A stretch of DNA of 64,000 nt, taken from Candidatus Binatia bacterium (GTDB taxonomy: Bacteria; Desulfobacterota; Binatia; Bin18). The stretch spans positions 3,392,001 to 3,456,000 of the forward strand of contig OY761159.2 of assembly GCA_963664395.2 (NCBI GenBank), read 5' to 3'. Below are positions 1 through 9,025 of this stretch, piece by piece; the first letter of the stretch is position 1, and each line of letters starts with the position of its first letter. The notes beneath the pieces were generated by a model. That model was given only the letters and a program-made list of their open reading frames with translations. It made no database searches and was not told the DNA's origin. Made by a program: the position numbers and the translations under genes.

Positions 1-14
1 CGGCCCGGGAACAA

Positions 15-1817
15 ATGGACGCCCTGCTGTTTCGGACCGCCATGTCGCCGATTATCCGCGATCAGCGCGATGGCTTTCCGGTCATTACCGACCGAGACGG
101 CAGGCTGCTGGCCGGACAGTTTGGCTCGCCGGTGCATGGTTTCACCGAGTTTTATGACGGCAGGATTGAAGCGGGCGATATTTTTCTGACCTCCGACCCC
201 TATTCGTGTAACGGCGCCATCAGCCACGCCAATGACTGGCTGGTGTGCATGCCCGTGTTCAGGCATGGCCGGCTGATCAATTGGTCCGCCATGTTTGGTC
301 ATATGGCTGATATCGGTGGCAAGGTGCCGGGCAGTATGCCGACCGATTCCGAACAAATATTTGAAGAAGGGATTTGTATCCCGCCGGTCAAAATTTTCAG
401 TCAAGGCCAACTCCAGGAGGACGTCTTGCGCGTTATCCTGCATAACTGCCGCATTCCGGAATGGAACCGGGGAGATTTCCATTCCATTGTGGCGGCGTGT
501 CGGATTGGCGGCAGCCGCTGTGTTGAAATGGCCGAGCGCTTTGGTGAGGAGGTGTATGTATCGGCGCTGCACGATCTCCTGGAGCGCAATCGGCGCGCCA
601 TGCGGAAGCTCATTGGTGAGACCATCTCGGAAGAGAAGCGGTATTTTGAGGACTATATCTGTGATGACGGCATGGGCATGGGCCCGTACAAAATTGCCTG
701 TAGCCTGTGGCGTGAAGGCGAGCGGATTATTTTTGACTTCACCGGCACCGACCCTCAGTCGGTTGGCTCGATTAATTTTCTCCTGAGCGAGCAGATGTTT
801 CGTATGTTCTGCGGCCAGTTCATGATTAACTTTTTTGATCCGCAGATTCTCCTGAACGGCGGGTTTTTCGATCTGGTTGATGTGCGTATTCCTGAGGGCT
901 GCCTGCTCAAGCCGCTCAAGCCGGCGGCCTTGACGAGCCGCACCCACGCCCTGGCCCGTATCTTTGATGTCTTGAGTGGCTTGTTAGGCCAGTCCAACCC
1001 CGACTATATGTGCGCGGCAGGATTCTCGGACAGCCCGCACCTGATGTATTCGGGCTACGACCACGACGGGAACTGGTTCCTGCTCTTCCAGATTGGCTTT
1101 GGTGGTATTCCCGGCAAGCCCGGCGGTGACGGGCCGGACGGCCACTCTTTATGGCCGAAGTTCATGAATGTCCCGAACGAATTCATTGAGAGCTATTTCC
1201 CGGTGCGGATTGAGTGTTACGAGACCATCCCGGATAGTGGCGGTCCGGGCCTGCACCGGGGCGGCAACGCCATGAACGTGGGCTATCGGTTCCTGGCCGC
1301 GGGTGTGATTTCCGTACACGACGATCGCTGGTTGACCTATCCGTGGGGAGTACGGGGCGGCCTGCCGGGTGGCCGGAGTGTGAAAATAGTAGAGCGCACG
1401 GACGGCAGGCGTGAGCTGCTGCCGTCCAAGTGTGATCGGGTTCGGGTTGAAGTTGGAGACAGACTGCTGTTCAAGACCTGGGGCGGCGGCGGCTGGGGCA
1501 ATCCGCTGGAACGTCCAGCCCATAAAGTCGCCACCGACGTGGACCGGGGACTGGTGACGCGGGAAGGGGCCAAACGCTACGGCGTGGTCCTACGGGAAGA
1601 CCTGAGTGTGGATGAGCCGGCCACAACCGCGCTCCGCACCGAGCTGGCGCAGCAACGGGGTCCAGCCCCGACAACCTTTGCCGCCTGGGTGCAGGCTCGG
1701 CAAGGGAAGACACCGGTTGTGAGCCGCGCCAAAGTCAGGCAGCCGGTATCCGCATCAACGGAAACGGAGTCTCCAGGCAGGACTTTTCTACCGGAGCAGC
1801 GGGCGCAGGATGTCTGA
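15..1817 (+). CDS. Hydantoinase B / 5-oxoprolinase subunit; true start probably upstream of the window; C-terminus altered
   Basis: Motifs SPIIRDQRD, SDPY..GAISHANDW, GHMADIGGKVPGS, DSGGPGLHRGG, GGGGWGNP. Confidence 0.9.
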   Translation: MDALLFRTAMSPIIRDQRDGFPVITDRDGRLLAGQFGSPVHGFTEFYDGRIEAGDIFLTSDPYSCNGAISHANDWLVCMPVFRHGRLINWSAMFGHMADIGGKVPGSMPTDSEQIFEEGICIPPVKIFSQGQLQEDVLRVILHNCRIPEWNRGDFHSIVAACRIGGSRCVEMAERFGEEVYVSALHDLLERNRRAMRKLIGETISEEKRYFEDYICDDGMGMGPYKIACSLWREGERIIFDFTGTDPQSVGSINFLLSEQMFRMFCGQFMINFFDPQILLNGGFFDLVDVRIPEGCLLKPLKPAALTSRTHALARIFDVLSGLLGQSNPDYMCAAGFSDSPHLMYSGYDHDGNWFLLFQIGFGGIPGKPGGDGPDGHSLWPKFMNVPNEFIESYFPVRIECYETIPDSGGPGLHRGGNAMNVGYRFLAAGVISVHDDRWLTYPWGVRGGLPGGRSVKIVERTDGRRELLPSKCDRVRVEVGDRLLFKTWGGGGWGNPLERPAHKVATDVDRGLVTREGAKRYGVVLREDLSVDEPATTALRTELAQQRGPAPTTFAAWVQARQGKTPVVSRAKVRQPVSASTETESPGRTFLPEQRAQDV

Positions 1818-1967
1818 TTCTGTTCCTCTCTTGGCTTGGTTGATTTTAAGAATAGAATAATGCTAGGACGAGGCCGGAATCAAAATTACTACCCTAATAC
1901 TACCTCTTAGCGCGGAAGGTGAACCATGCGTATTACGACGTTTGAGAGGAAGATAAAGCATCTCGAT

Positions 1968-2214
1968 CGCGCTCCGCACCGAGCTGGCGCAGCAACGGGG
2001 TCCAGCCCAGTTGTTCGATTTCGGCGGAACCATTGCCGAGTTGAAAGCGCGCTGCAAAGCGGAGACCGGCTTCGATCCCCCTCAGCCGCCAACCTTTGCC
2101 GCCTGGGTGCAGGCTCGGCAAAGGCATACTGGACTGAATGGCAAGGCAAACGGAGTGCAAGCCGTTGTACCCCGGTCCGGTCATGGCAGCTCTTCGGCTG
2201 AAGCAGAGGTTTGA
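1968..2214 (+). pseudogene. Orphan duplicate of the hydantoinase B 3' end (ALRTELAQQRGPAQLFDFGGTIAELKARC...)
   Basis: 1968-2008 identical to 1628-1668 and 2090-2121 identical to 1672-1703; in-frame stop just upstream at 1954. Confidence 0.75.
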
Positions 2215-2253
2215 GCAATTCTTCAGATTCCCCTCACCTTACTCAGGCCGGAC

Positions 2254-3129
2254 TCAGGGTTGGTTCAGGCTCCAGTCGTACTCGTAGTCCACTGACCCGG
2301 CAAAGTCCTTGAGCCGGGCCGCGAGTCCTGCCTCGGCGTACTGCATGAGGTGTGCAAACACGGTCTCTTGGCTGTTGCCGAAATCCTCCGCGTACCAGTC
2401 ATAGATGCTCGAAATCATCAGGAAGTCGTCGTCCACGAAACCCACACCGCGCGGGTGATTGATATAGGCACGCGCGGCGGCGTCAAGCAGCGCCTCGGTG
2501 TTGGCGGCGGTAAAGACGGTGGCTGACTGATTCGGACAGCCGTAGCTGGCGCAGTTCGCCGCGTAGTGAATCCGGTTGTCGCCCCAGATGGGCCGCAGGA
2601 TGCCGTGCTCGATATGGTTGAGTGTCAGCTCCTGGCCGGCGACCGTAGCGTGGACGTCGTCCCAGGGGCCGGATAAGGGTATCCAGCTCTCGTGGATGTC
2701 GCGGATGGAATCCACGGGATAGGCGTTGACGACCACCTGTACGGTGAGCGCGTTATAGAAGTTGATCCAGTAGGCCTTCTGTTCGGCCCGGGCATAGGCG
2801 CGCGGGTCATGGGCCTGCAAATGGGCTAAATAGCCGACCAGCTTGGCGGCATCCTCGGCGTTTGCCTTGAGCGCGGCATAGTCGAAGCGGCTGACGCCCG
2901 ACGGATGGGAGCTGAGGTAGGTGGTCAGGAGGCTCTGCCAGGCGCTGTGATCGATGGTTTCGGCATTGGTCTCGTCACTCGCGTTCCAGAAATCGAGCAG
3001 GGCCGATGTGGGCGCAGCCAGGGCGATGGTGGGAGCGACGACGAGCAGGGCTGCGCCGATCAGACCCGGCACCAGCCGACCGCGGCGTCTCGCCCGCGCA
3101 GTGGGTTTCTCGATCCAGGTTTGCTTCAT
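2254..3129 (-). CDS. DUF547 domain exported protein
   Basis: Signal peptide; AYWINFYNALT, LNHIEHGILR, RIHYAANCASYGCP, YEYDWSLN. Confidence 0.9.
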   Translation of the reverse strand: MKQTWIEKPTARARRRGRLVPGLIGAALLVVAPTIALAAPTSALLDFWNASDETNAETIDHSAWQSLLTTYLSSHPSGVSRFDYAALKANAEDAAKLVGYLAHLQAHDPRAYARAEQKAYWINFYNALTVQVVVNAYPVDSIRDIHESWIPLSGPWDDVHATVAGQELTLNHIEHGILRPIWGDNRIHYAANCASYGCPNQSATVFTAANTEALLDAAARAYINHPRGVGFVDDDFLMISSIYDWYAEDFGNSQETVFAHLMQYAEAGLAARLKDFAGSVDYEYDWSLNQP

Positions 3130-3258
3130 AGCCGTTTCTCCGTCATTTTGCGGGTATTTGTCTTTATAGCTGAGTCTCTTCATAGCGAAAGGCCGGTAGC
3201 CCGAACTCATAGGGCGACTAGGCTCCGGCACCGCAAGCATCCACCCATGCCGACACTA

Positions 3259-3481
3259 GGTAGTGTCTCACTTTGAAATTTCTTCCCCTCGCTGCTGATT
3301 GCCTGCCCATTTTTTTCGACGCCCTCGTCATTTTTTTCACTTCCTACTAATCTTGGTAGGGACAAGGGCGGCAAATTATGCACAGTATCCCTTTATCAGC
3401 GAGGCCAAAACACTGCGGCAGGCGGAGTCAAAGTCCCCCATACGAGAGCGAAATCCAAAGGATTCAAACTGAGACACTACC
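3259..3481. mobile_element. MITE copy 1
   Basis: TIRs ggtagtgtctcactttgaa / ttcaaactgagacactacc; 8-bp flanking direct repeat cgacacta (3251-3258, 3482-3489). Confidence 0.9.
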
Positions 3482-3583
3482 CGACACTAGGGGAGCTTGC
3501 GCTGCTTTTCGGCTTCACACTGGAGTGTTCGGTTCGCTCTCGAAATTATGAAAACGCGCAACAACTTTGTGGGAGGAATCCAA

Positions 3584-3952
3584 ATGAAAGAGATTATCGG
3601 TGTACTGGCCCTGGTCGTCCTTGGGGCACTGTGGCAGGCATCGGCGTCCGCATCCGGCTCCATTTCGATAGGCGGCGGCATAAGCCCCCGAGACGCGTAT
3701 ACGCAGGGCAAGGTGCTCACCTTCAAGAAGTTGGTGTGCACCTCCTGTCCAATCCAGAGGGGCGATTTGGATCAGGCCCGGGCCCTGAGCCTGAAGAACA
3801 GCCTTGAGGCGCGTGATACGGAAAACAAGCCGGGCACACCGGACGACGAACATATCCAGGTGCTGTGTCCGGGCAGCCAGGGGACCGATTGCGGCAGTGT
3901 GGACGAACAGGAACTCGTCCATTATTACCTGATGCGCCGCTACAAGCTGTAA
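3584..3952 (+). CDS. Small exported hypothetical protein with CxxC and two further Cys
   Basis: GGAGG RBS upstream; signal peptide; CTSCP motif without the His of a haem-c site. Confidence 0.65.
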   Translation: MKEIIGVLALVVLGALWQASASASGSISIGGGISPRDAYTQGKVLTFKKLVCTSCPIQRGDLDQARALSLKNSLEARDTENKPGTPDDEHIQVLCPGSQGTDCGSVDEQELVHYYLMRRYKL

Positions 3953-3997
3953 CTGTGTGATCCGGCGGCCACACCGAGCACGTCCTGGCCGCCCCCA

Positions 3998-4924
3998 ATG
4001 AAGTGGGGAGATCGATACTATGCGACTATCCTGTGTTCCGCGACCTTTGCTCTAGCCACCGTGGCCACGCTACTCCTGACCGCCGTGCCAGCACGCGCGG
4101 GTTCGCCCTGGCTCCCCGCGCCGGGGGCGGGTAACGTCAACTTGTCCTATACCTACCAGACCGCGGACGAATTTTATCGCAACACCACAAAAGTCCCGAC
4201 ACCGGGGAATGTCGGAGAAGATCTCGTCCAGCACACGACATATGTGGAGGTGCGCTACGGATTGTTGGATAATATCGCCATAGATGGGCGTATCGGATAT
4301 GCGCAGAGCCACTATGGTTTTGACCCTTCGCGTGGGAACGGCGCGATCAGTGATAAGAGTCCTGACGGTTTGGCCGATGTGAACCTGGGAATCACCTATC
4401 GTTTCCTTGACGAGACGATCACCGAGAGCCCGCTACTGCCCACTCTCGCCATACGTTTCGGCGGGATCATCGCCGGAGACTACGAAAGCGGTGACATCAA
4501 TTCGATTGGTGATGGCGGTGACGGGTTTGAGATCTCGGGGATGGCCGGCAAGTTTCTGGGCGATATGTTCGTCGTGTCCTCGGAGTTCGGATACCGGAAC
4601 CGCAGCAACGACGTCCCGGACAACCTCTTTTTGAACCTGTCCGGCGGGATAGTGCTTTTCAATCGCATAGTACTGAACATCAGTTACCAGCGCGTTGACA
4701 CCCCGTGGTCCAGCTTCGACATTGGCGATCCCGGATTCTCTCCAATCACAGGGGTCTTTCCCGAACTGAAAGAGGAGATGGAACTCATCGGTGGTGGGTT
4801 CAATGTTGCGGTAACGGACAGCATGAACCTCGGGTTTCAGTATGCGTCGGTCATCGAAGGCCGGAATACCGCGGCGTCCGACGTTTTCAGCGTATCGCTC
4901 GGTTATTCGTTCGACACCTATTGA
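3998..4924 (+). CDS. Outer-membrane beta-barrel (phenol/MetA-pathway transporter-like)
   Basis: Signal peptide, GLADVNLGITYRF motif, alternating beta strands, C-terminal SLGYSF. Confidence 0.7.
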   Translation: MKWGDRYYATILCSATFALATVATLLLTAVPARAGSPWLPAPGAGNVNLSYTYQTADEFYRNTTKVPTPGNVGEDLVQHTTYVEVRYGLLDNIAIDGRIGYAQSHYGFDPSRGNGAISDKSPDGLADVNLGITYRFLDETITESPLLPTLAIRFGGIIAGDYESGDINSIGDGGDGFEISGMAGKFLGDMFVVSSEFGYRNRSNDVPDNLFLNLSGGIVLFNRIVLNISYQRVDTPWSSFDIGDPGFSPITGVFPELKEEMELIGGGFNVAVTDSMNLGFQYASVIEGRNTAASDVFSVSLGYSFDTY

Positions 4925-6277
4925 TTCGCTTGATCCGTTTGTTTGATCCGTTTGATCCGTGCGCCGCTCGCGCCGAAACACGGGCCAGGCCAGCGCCAGC
5001 AGGATCAGGCCGAATTCCAGCAGACGCGCCCATGTCGGCTGTTGATAGGGTTGCAGACTGTAGTCATTCACATTGAGCCCGGTGATGTACGAGATGAGGA
5101 TCGCGCCGGAAGCCGTCCACGCCCATAGGCTGGGGAAGACCGCCGCAAAGGGCAGCAACCAGAGCAGATACCATGGATTGATGACCGGCGACGCCGCCAG
5201 CAGCAGGCCGTACACCCAGTCTCCGCGCGGAACGGGCTGCCCCTCGTCCCGGCGATAATGCCAATAATACCACCCCCAGCAGGTGGCGCATGCCAGGCCC
5301 AGCACGAGCTTGGCCTCGAACGCCGGCAGCGCCGTTGTCAACAGCCCGAAGGCGGCGGAGTTGAACTCCCACTCCCGCGCGAAGACCAACAGCGAATTCA
5401 GGTCGGTGCCGCCGCCCAGGACGAACGGCGCGTACAAGGCCGCCAGCGTGGCGCCGAACAGGGCCCAGTGCCGGATTTTGGCGCCAACCAGCACGAACGG
5501 TACCAGTACCAGGGCGAATATCTTAGCCCCGGCGGCAACGCCCAGACACACCGCGGCGCTCCGCCAGCGCTTGTCCCGGGCCAGAACGAGCGCGGCCAGC
5601 AGCAGGCAGACGCCGATGCCGTCCGGGTGGGCGGTGAAGGCGACTTCCTTGACGACCAACGGACACCAGGCGTAGAGCATGACGTTCCGCGCCGGCGCCA
5701 GACGCAGCAGCAGTGCCACGCTGGCGAGATCGACGAGAATCAGCAGGCATTGCAAGGCCGTGATGCTGCCCGGCCGCAGCCAGTAGCCGAGCAGGAAGAC
5801 GAACTGCGTCGCCGGGCCGTAGATGGTCGGCAACTCGGGATGGTTGATCCCATCCAGCACGTCGTGAAACGCCGCGGGAATGCTGGCGTCAACGAAAAAC
5901 GCTTCCGGGATGGCAGCGTAGGGCGTGCCGGTGGTGGCAAAGCGGTAGCCGTCCCACAAGTAGCGATGGAAGTCGTCTTCGAGCAGCGGCCCGCCGACCA
6001 GCCCGCAGATTCTGAAGGCGACGGCCCAGAAGAGCAGGCGGTCCAGCGGGAACGGTTCGTCGCGCCGCCGGAAGTACAGAAAGAGGCCGAATACCGGCAG
6101 GCCGGTCCAGGCCATCAGGCTGAAGAAGGCCGCCAGATCGGGTTCGCCAGGTGGCCGCGCCAGAAAGGCGAGTACGGCGTAGCCCAGGGTGCAGCTCAGG
6201 CCGACCGCGTCCACCAGCCGGCGCGTCGCCGCGCTCGGCTGCCCACTCCCGTTTGCGCCGGCTATAGTCTCAAGCAT
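4433..6277 (-). CDS. GT-C fold (GT87-like) membrane glycosyltransferase; ORF reads through about 175 codons beyond the hydrophobic domain
   Basis: EDDFHRYLWDG, INHPELPTIYGP, YAWCPLVVKE, HPD, WEFNS, PVINPWY motifs; many TM segments. Confidence 0.8.
   Translation of the reverse strand: MLETIAGANGSGQPSAATRRLVDAVGLSCTLGYAVLAFLARPPGEPDLAAFFSLMAWTGLPVFGLFLYFRRRDEPFPLDRLLFWAVAFRICGLVGGPLLEDDFHRYLWDGYRFATTGTPYAAIPEAFFVDASIPAAFHDVLDGINHPELPTIYGPATQFVFLLGYWLRPGSITALQCLLILVDLASVALLLRLAPARNVMLYAWCPLVVKEVAFTAHPDGIGVCLLLAALVLARDKRWRSAAVCLGVAAGAKIFALVLVPFVLVGAKIRHWALFGATLAALYAPFVLGGGTDLNSLLVFAREWEFNSAAFGLLTTALPAFEAKLVLGLACATCWGWYYWHYRRDEGQPVPRGDWVYGLLLAASPVINPWYLLWLLPFAAVFPSLWAWTASGAILISYITGLNVNDYSLQPYQQPTWARLLEFGLILLALAWPVFRRERRTDQTDQTNGSSESIGVERITERYAENVGRRGIPAFDDRRILKPEVHAVRYRNIEPTTDEFHLLFQFGKDPCDWRESGIANVEAGPRGVNALVTDVQYYAIEKHYPAGQVQKEVVRDVVAAVPVSELRGHDEHIAQKLAGHPRDLKPVTAITNRIDVTAFVVSGDDPAETYGESGQ
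4921..4959. repeat. Short imperfect tandem repeat (ttgatccgt) x4
   Basis: ttgattcgc ttgatccgt ttgt ttgatccgt ttgatccgt. Confidence 0.7.
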
Positions 6278-6286
6278 CCGCGCTGT

Positions 6287-6328
6287 CTATCCTGCCCGGC
6301 CTATCCTGCCCGGCCTATCCCGCCCGGC
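6287..6328. repeat. 14-bp tandem repeat x3
   Basis: ctatcctgcccggc ctatcctgcccggc ctatcccgcccggc. Confidence 0.85.
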
Positions 6329-6345
6329 AATACGCCGACAGACCG

Positions 6346-7017
6346 TTATGACCCGTCGCGTTTCTGTCCCCAGGTGTCCCAGTGAGTCAGTTGGGCGGCC
6401 GGAATACGCCGGGCTGCTTTGAAATCCGTGCCCGTATAGTAGGCTACGGGCAAAAGCACGCACTGTGTCACGCTATCGGGAATATTGAGCAGCTTGGCTG
6501 CTTCGTCGGCATGTTTGAGATGAACTGTGGTCCAACAGCAGCCAAGACCCCGCGCGCGGGCGGCCAGCATAAACGACCAGGCCGCCGGCAGAATTGAGCC
6601 ATAGGCCGTGGCCTGATCGAAAAGTGGCACGTCGCGGACGTGATCCTCGATGCAGAACAGCACCTGGACCGGAACTTCATGCAGATGGTTGACCAGATAG
6701 GCGGCTGAGTCGATCATGCGTTGGGCTTCGGTCGAGGCGGGTCCTGTGGTCCCATACGTTGCCTCATCGGCCTGCTCCCAGTAGGACTCAAAAGCGTGTT
6801 TGTAGAGTCTGGCGATACCAGCCCGTTTGTCCGCATCGCGAATAACCACAAAGCGCCATTTCTGTGTATTGGTTGCCGAGGGGCTCTGCAACGCAACTTC
6901 CAGGCATTCCTCGATCAACTCCGGTGGGACCGGACGGGCGAGATCAAGGCGTTTTCGTATGGAGCGCGTGGTGGTTAAGAGCTTGTCACACATACCCAGG
7001 TCCAAATCCGTCTTCAT
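6346..7017 (-). CDS. Nitroreductase family protein
   Basis: TTRSIRK, SPSATNTQKWRF, ARARGLGCCWT. Confidence 0.9.
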   Translation of the reverse strand: MKTDLDLGMCDKLLTTTRSIRKRLDLARPVPPELIEECLEVALQSPSATNTQKWRFVVIRDADKRAGIARLYKHAFESYWEQADEATYGTTGPASTEAQRMIDSAAYLVNHLHEVPVQVLFCIEDHVRDVPLFDQATAYGSILPAAWSFMLAARARGLGCCWTTVHLKHADEAAKLLNIPDSVTQCVLLPVAYYTGTDFKAARRIPAAQLTHWDTWGQKRDGS

Positions 7018-7077
7018 ACGTCACCTCTGGCCGGAGAGAATCACAAAGCGTCCGGGGGAACAACTCGCTTCCTCCTA

Positions 7078-7137
7078 GAAGCGTGGCCATGTGACGGACT
7101 TGGCCGCGCTTATTTGCGGGCTGGAAGCCCATGCTCC
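7078..7137. repeat. REP-like palindromic repeat (gggcttccagcccgc family); related copies at ~21473-21493 and ~50173-50223
   Basis: Reverse complement matches tgggcttccagcccgcaa(a)taagcgcggcca...atggccacgc at 50179-50220. Confidence 0.75.
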
Positions 7138-7161
7138 TACAGGAATGATGCGTTACTGGTG

Positions 7162-7198
7162 TTGACAAATGAAATTGAAAATGATTTTCAATTTCATT
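7162..7198 (+). promoter_or_regulatory. TTGACA -35 element followed by an extended Fur-type box
   Basis: TTGACA at 7162-7167; perfect 15-1-15 palindrome aatgaaattgaaaat-g-attttcaatttcatt (7168-7198) with a Fur-like core. Confidence 0.8.
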
Positions 7199-7405
7199 AT
7201 GAGTTCGGGTATTCATCCTTCTCCTAACCTGGTCTTAAACCAAAAGGGCCGGGAAAGTCGCTGCCTGTGCGGCAATTTGCTTGCTCGCCTGGGCCCCGAT
7301 GGCGTGGAACTCAAATGTCGCCGTTGCAAGCGGGTAGTAGTCATTCCCTGGGGAAGCTCTTCAACTTGGCACGGCGTAACACTTCAGCTCCCTGAGTCAC
7401 ACTGA
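7199..7405 (+). CDS. Com-like (phage Mu Com family) zinc-ribbon microprotein
   Basis: RCLCGNLLARL...VELKCRRCKR pattern. Confidence 0.7.
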   Translation: MSSGIHPSPNLVLNQKGRESRCLCGNLLARLGPDGVELKCRRCKRVVVIPWGSSSTWHGVTLQLPESH

Positions 7406-7564
7406 ACGGCTTAAACCCACCAAGGCAGTTGAATCAAATCCGGAAGGAGGTGAGGACGGAGGCGACCTACCGGCAAACAGTATGAGACACAAGCGGCCCG
7501 AGGAAAACAGCCCAGCGCCCATCCACAATCGATGACACAATCGATGACATAGAGGAGACGCGTA

Positions 7565-8995
7565 ATGATACGGCAAACAGTATGGACGCTGGGCATATGG
7601 GCACTCGTCCTGGGCATTCCCACGGGCGGCCATGCCGCGGATGAAGCCCGGATGCTGCAACTCGAACAGCAATTGCAGACCATGCAGAAGGCTATGACAT
7701 CAATGCAGACAGAGTTGCAAAGCCTGCGGTCCGCACACAAGCAGGAACGGGAACAGGAGCAGGAACAGACCCGCCGACGGGATGTGTTGGCCGAAGAAGT
7801 GGACAAGCTGCGCACCAGCCTGACCTTGCCCGACTTCACACCCCTCAGCATGGAAGACAGAAAATACGGCCTGGGACCGGCAGCGTCCAAGGTGTATGGC
7901 GTTGCGCAGGGCTTATCGATCGGTGGCTATGGCGAAGCCTATTACCGCAAGGACGTGAGTGACAAGACGCGCAGCGACCGCGACACCACCGACTATCTGC
8001 GCTTCGTGCTCTACACTGGCTATAAGTTCTCCGACCGCATCATTCTCAACGCCGAGTTGGAGTTCGAGCACGCCTCGACCAGCACCGGCGGGTCGGTGTC
8101 AGTCGAGTTCGCCTATCTGGATTTTCTGATGTACGAGTGGGCCAATTTTCGGGCCGGCATGTTGCTGGCACCCATGGGTATCGTCAACGAGTTGCACGAG
8201 CCGGTGTTTTTCAACGGCGTGGAGCGGCCCGAGGTCGAGCGGCGCATCATCCCCTCGACCTGGCGCGAGAACGGCGTCGGCATCTTCGGTGAGCTGCTGC
8301 CCGGCCTGGAATACCGTGTCTACGGCATGAATGCCCTCAAGGGGGTTTCGGAATCCAGCGGCGGTGCGTCGCTCAATTTCAAGGAGCACTATCGCAGCAC
8401 GCGCCAGAAGGGCGGCGAGGCCCTGGCCGAGGACATCGCCTTTGTGGCCCGCCTGGATTACTCTCCCATATTGAACGCCACGTTCGGCGGCTCGGTGTAT
8501 ACCGGCAAGTCCAGCCACGACCAGCAGTACGTAGACGACTCCGGCAGCAAGGTCGATTACCCGGACGCGCGGCTGACCATCTGGGAGCTGCACGCCCTGT
8601 ACAGCCTGCGAGGGCTGGAGGCGCGCGCCCTGTTCGCCATGTCGCATCTGAACGACACGGACGAACTCAACCGCATCGGCGGCGGCGGCAAGATCGCCAA
8701 GGAGATGTACGGCTTCTACACCGAGCTGGCCTACGACGTCATGCCTTGGCTGCTGGGGACTACCGAACAGCAAGTGTCGCCCTTTGTGCGTTTCTCCTAT
8801 ATTGACCAGCACGCCGAGATGGCCGGCGACTGGGACGCCCAGGGTCGGTACGAGCACCGCATCTGGACCACCGGCGTCAGCTATAAACCCCACCCGAACG
8901 TGGTGCTCAAGGTGGATTATCGCAATTTTGACACCGTGGATAACGACCACGAGCGCGAAGACGAGGTGAATTTTGGTCTCGGATTTGTCTTTTAG
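7565..8995 (+). CDS. Outer-membrane porin with N-terminal coiled coil
   Basis: GAGGAG RBS, signal peptide, coiled coil, LSIGGYGE, ELEFEH, HEP, IIPSTWRE motifs, terminal Phe. Confidence 0.85.
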   Translation: MIRQTVWTLGIWALVLGIPTGGHAADEARMLQLEQQLQTMQKAMTSMQTELQSLRSAHKQEREQEQEQTRRRDVLAEEVDKLRTSLTLPDFTPLSMEDRKYGLGPAASKVYGVAQGLSIGGYGEAYYRKDVSDKTRSDRDTTDYLRFVLYTGYKFSDRIILNAELEFEHASTSTGGSVSVEFAYLDFLMYEWANFRAGMLLAPMGIVNELHEPVFFNGVERPEVERRIIPSTWRENGVGIFGELLPGLEYRVYGMNALKGVSESSGGASLNFKEHYRSTRQKGGEALAEDIAFVARLDYSPILNATFGGSVYTGKSSHDQQYVDDSGSKVDYPDARLTIWELHALYSLRGLEARALFAMSHLNDTDELNRIGGGGKIAKEMYGFYTELAYDVMPWLLGTTEQQVSPFVRFSYIDQHAEMAGDWDAQGRYEHRIWTTGVSYKPHPNVVLKVDYRNFDTVDNDHEREDEVNFGLGFVF

Positions 8996-9025
8996 GGCCG
9001 GTGCGCCGGCCCTTGCCTGGGTGCT

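Noticed and set aside
1628-2121. Diversity-generating retroelement TR/VR pair
   Set aside because: The repeats are identical rather than adenine-mutated, and there is no reverse transcriptase
3584-3952. c-type cytochrome
   Set aside because: CTSCP lacks the His of CxxCH
5258-6385. Long alternative ORFs (also 8099-9085, 26587-27708, 38017-38904, 43323-44249, 62955-63692)
   Set aside because: Antisense shadows of well-supported genes in GC-rich DNA
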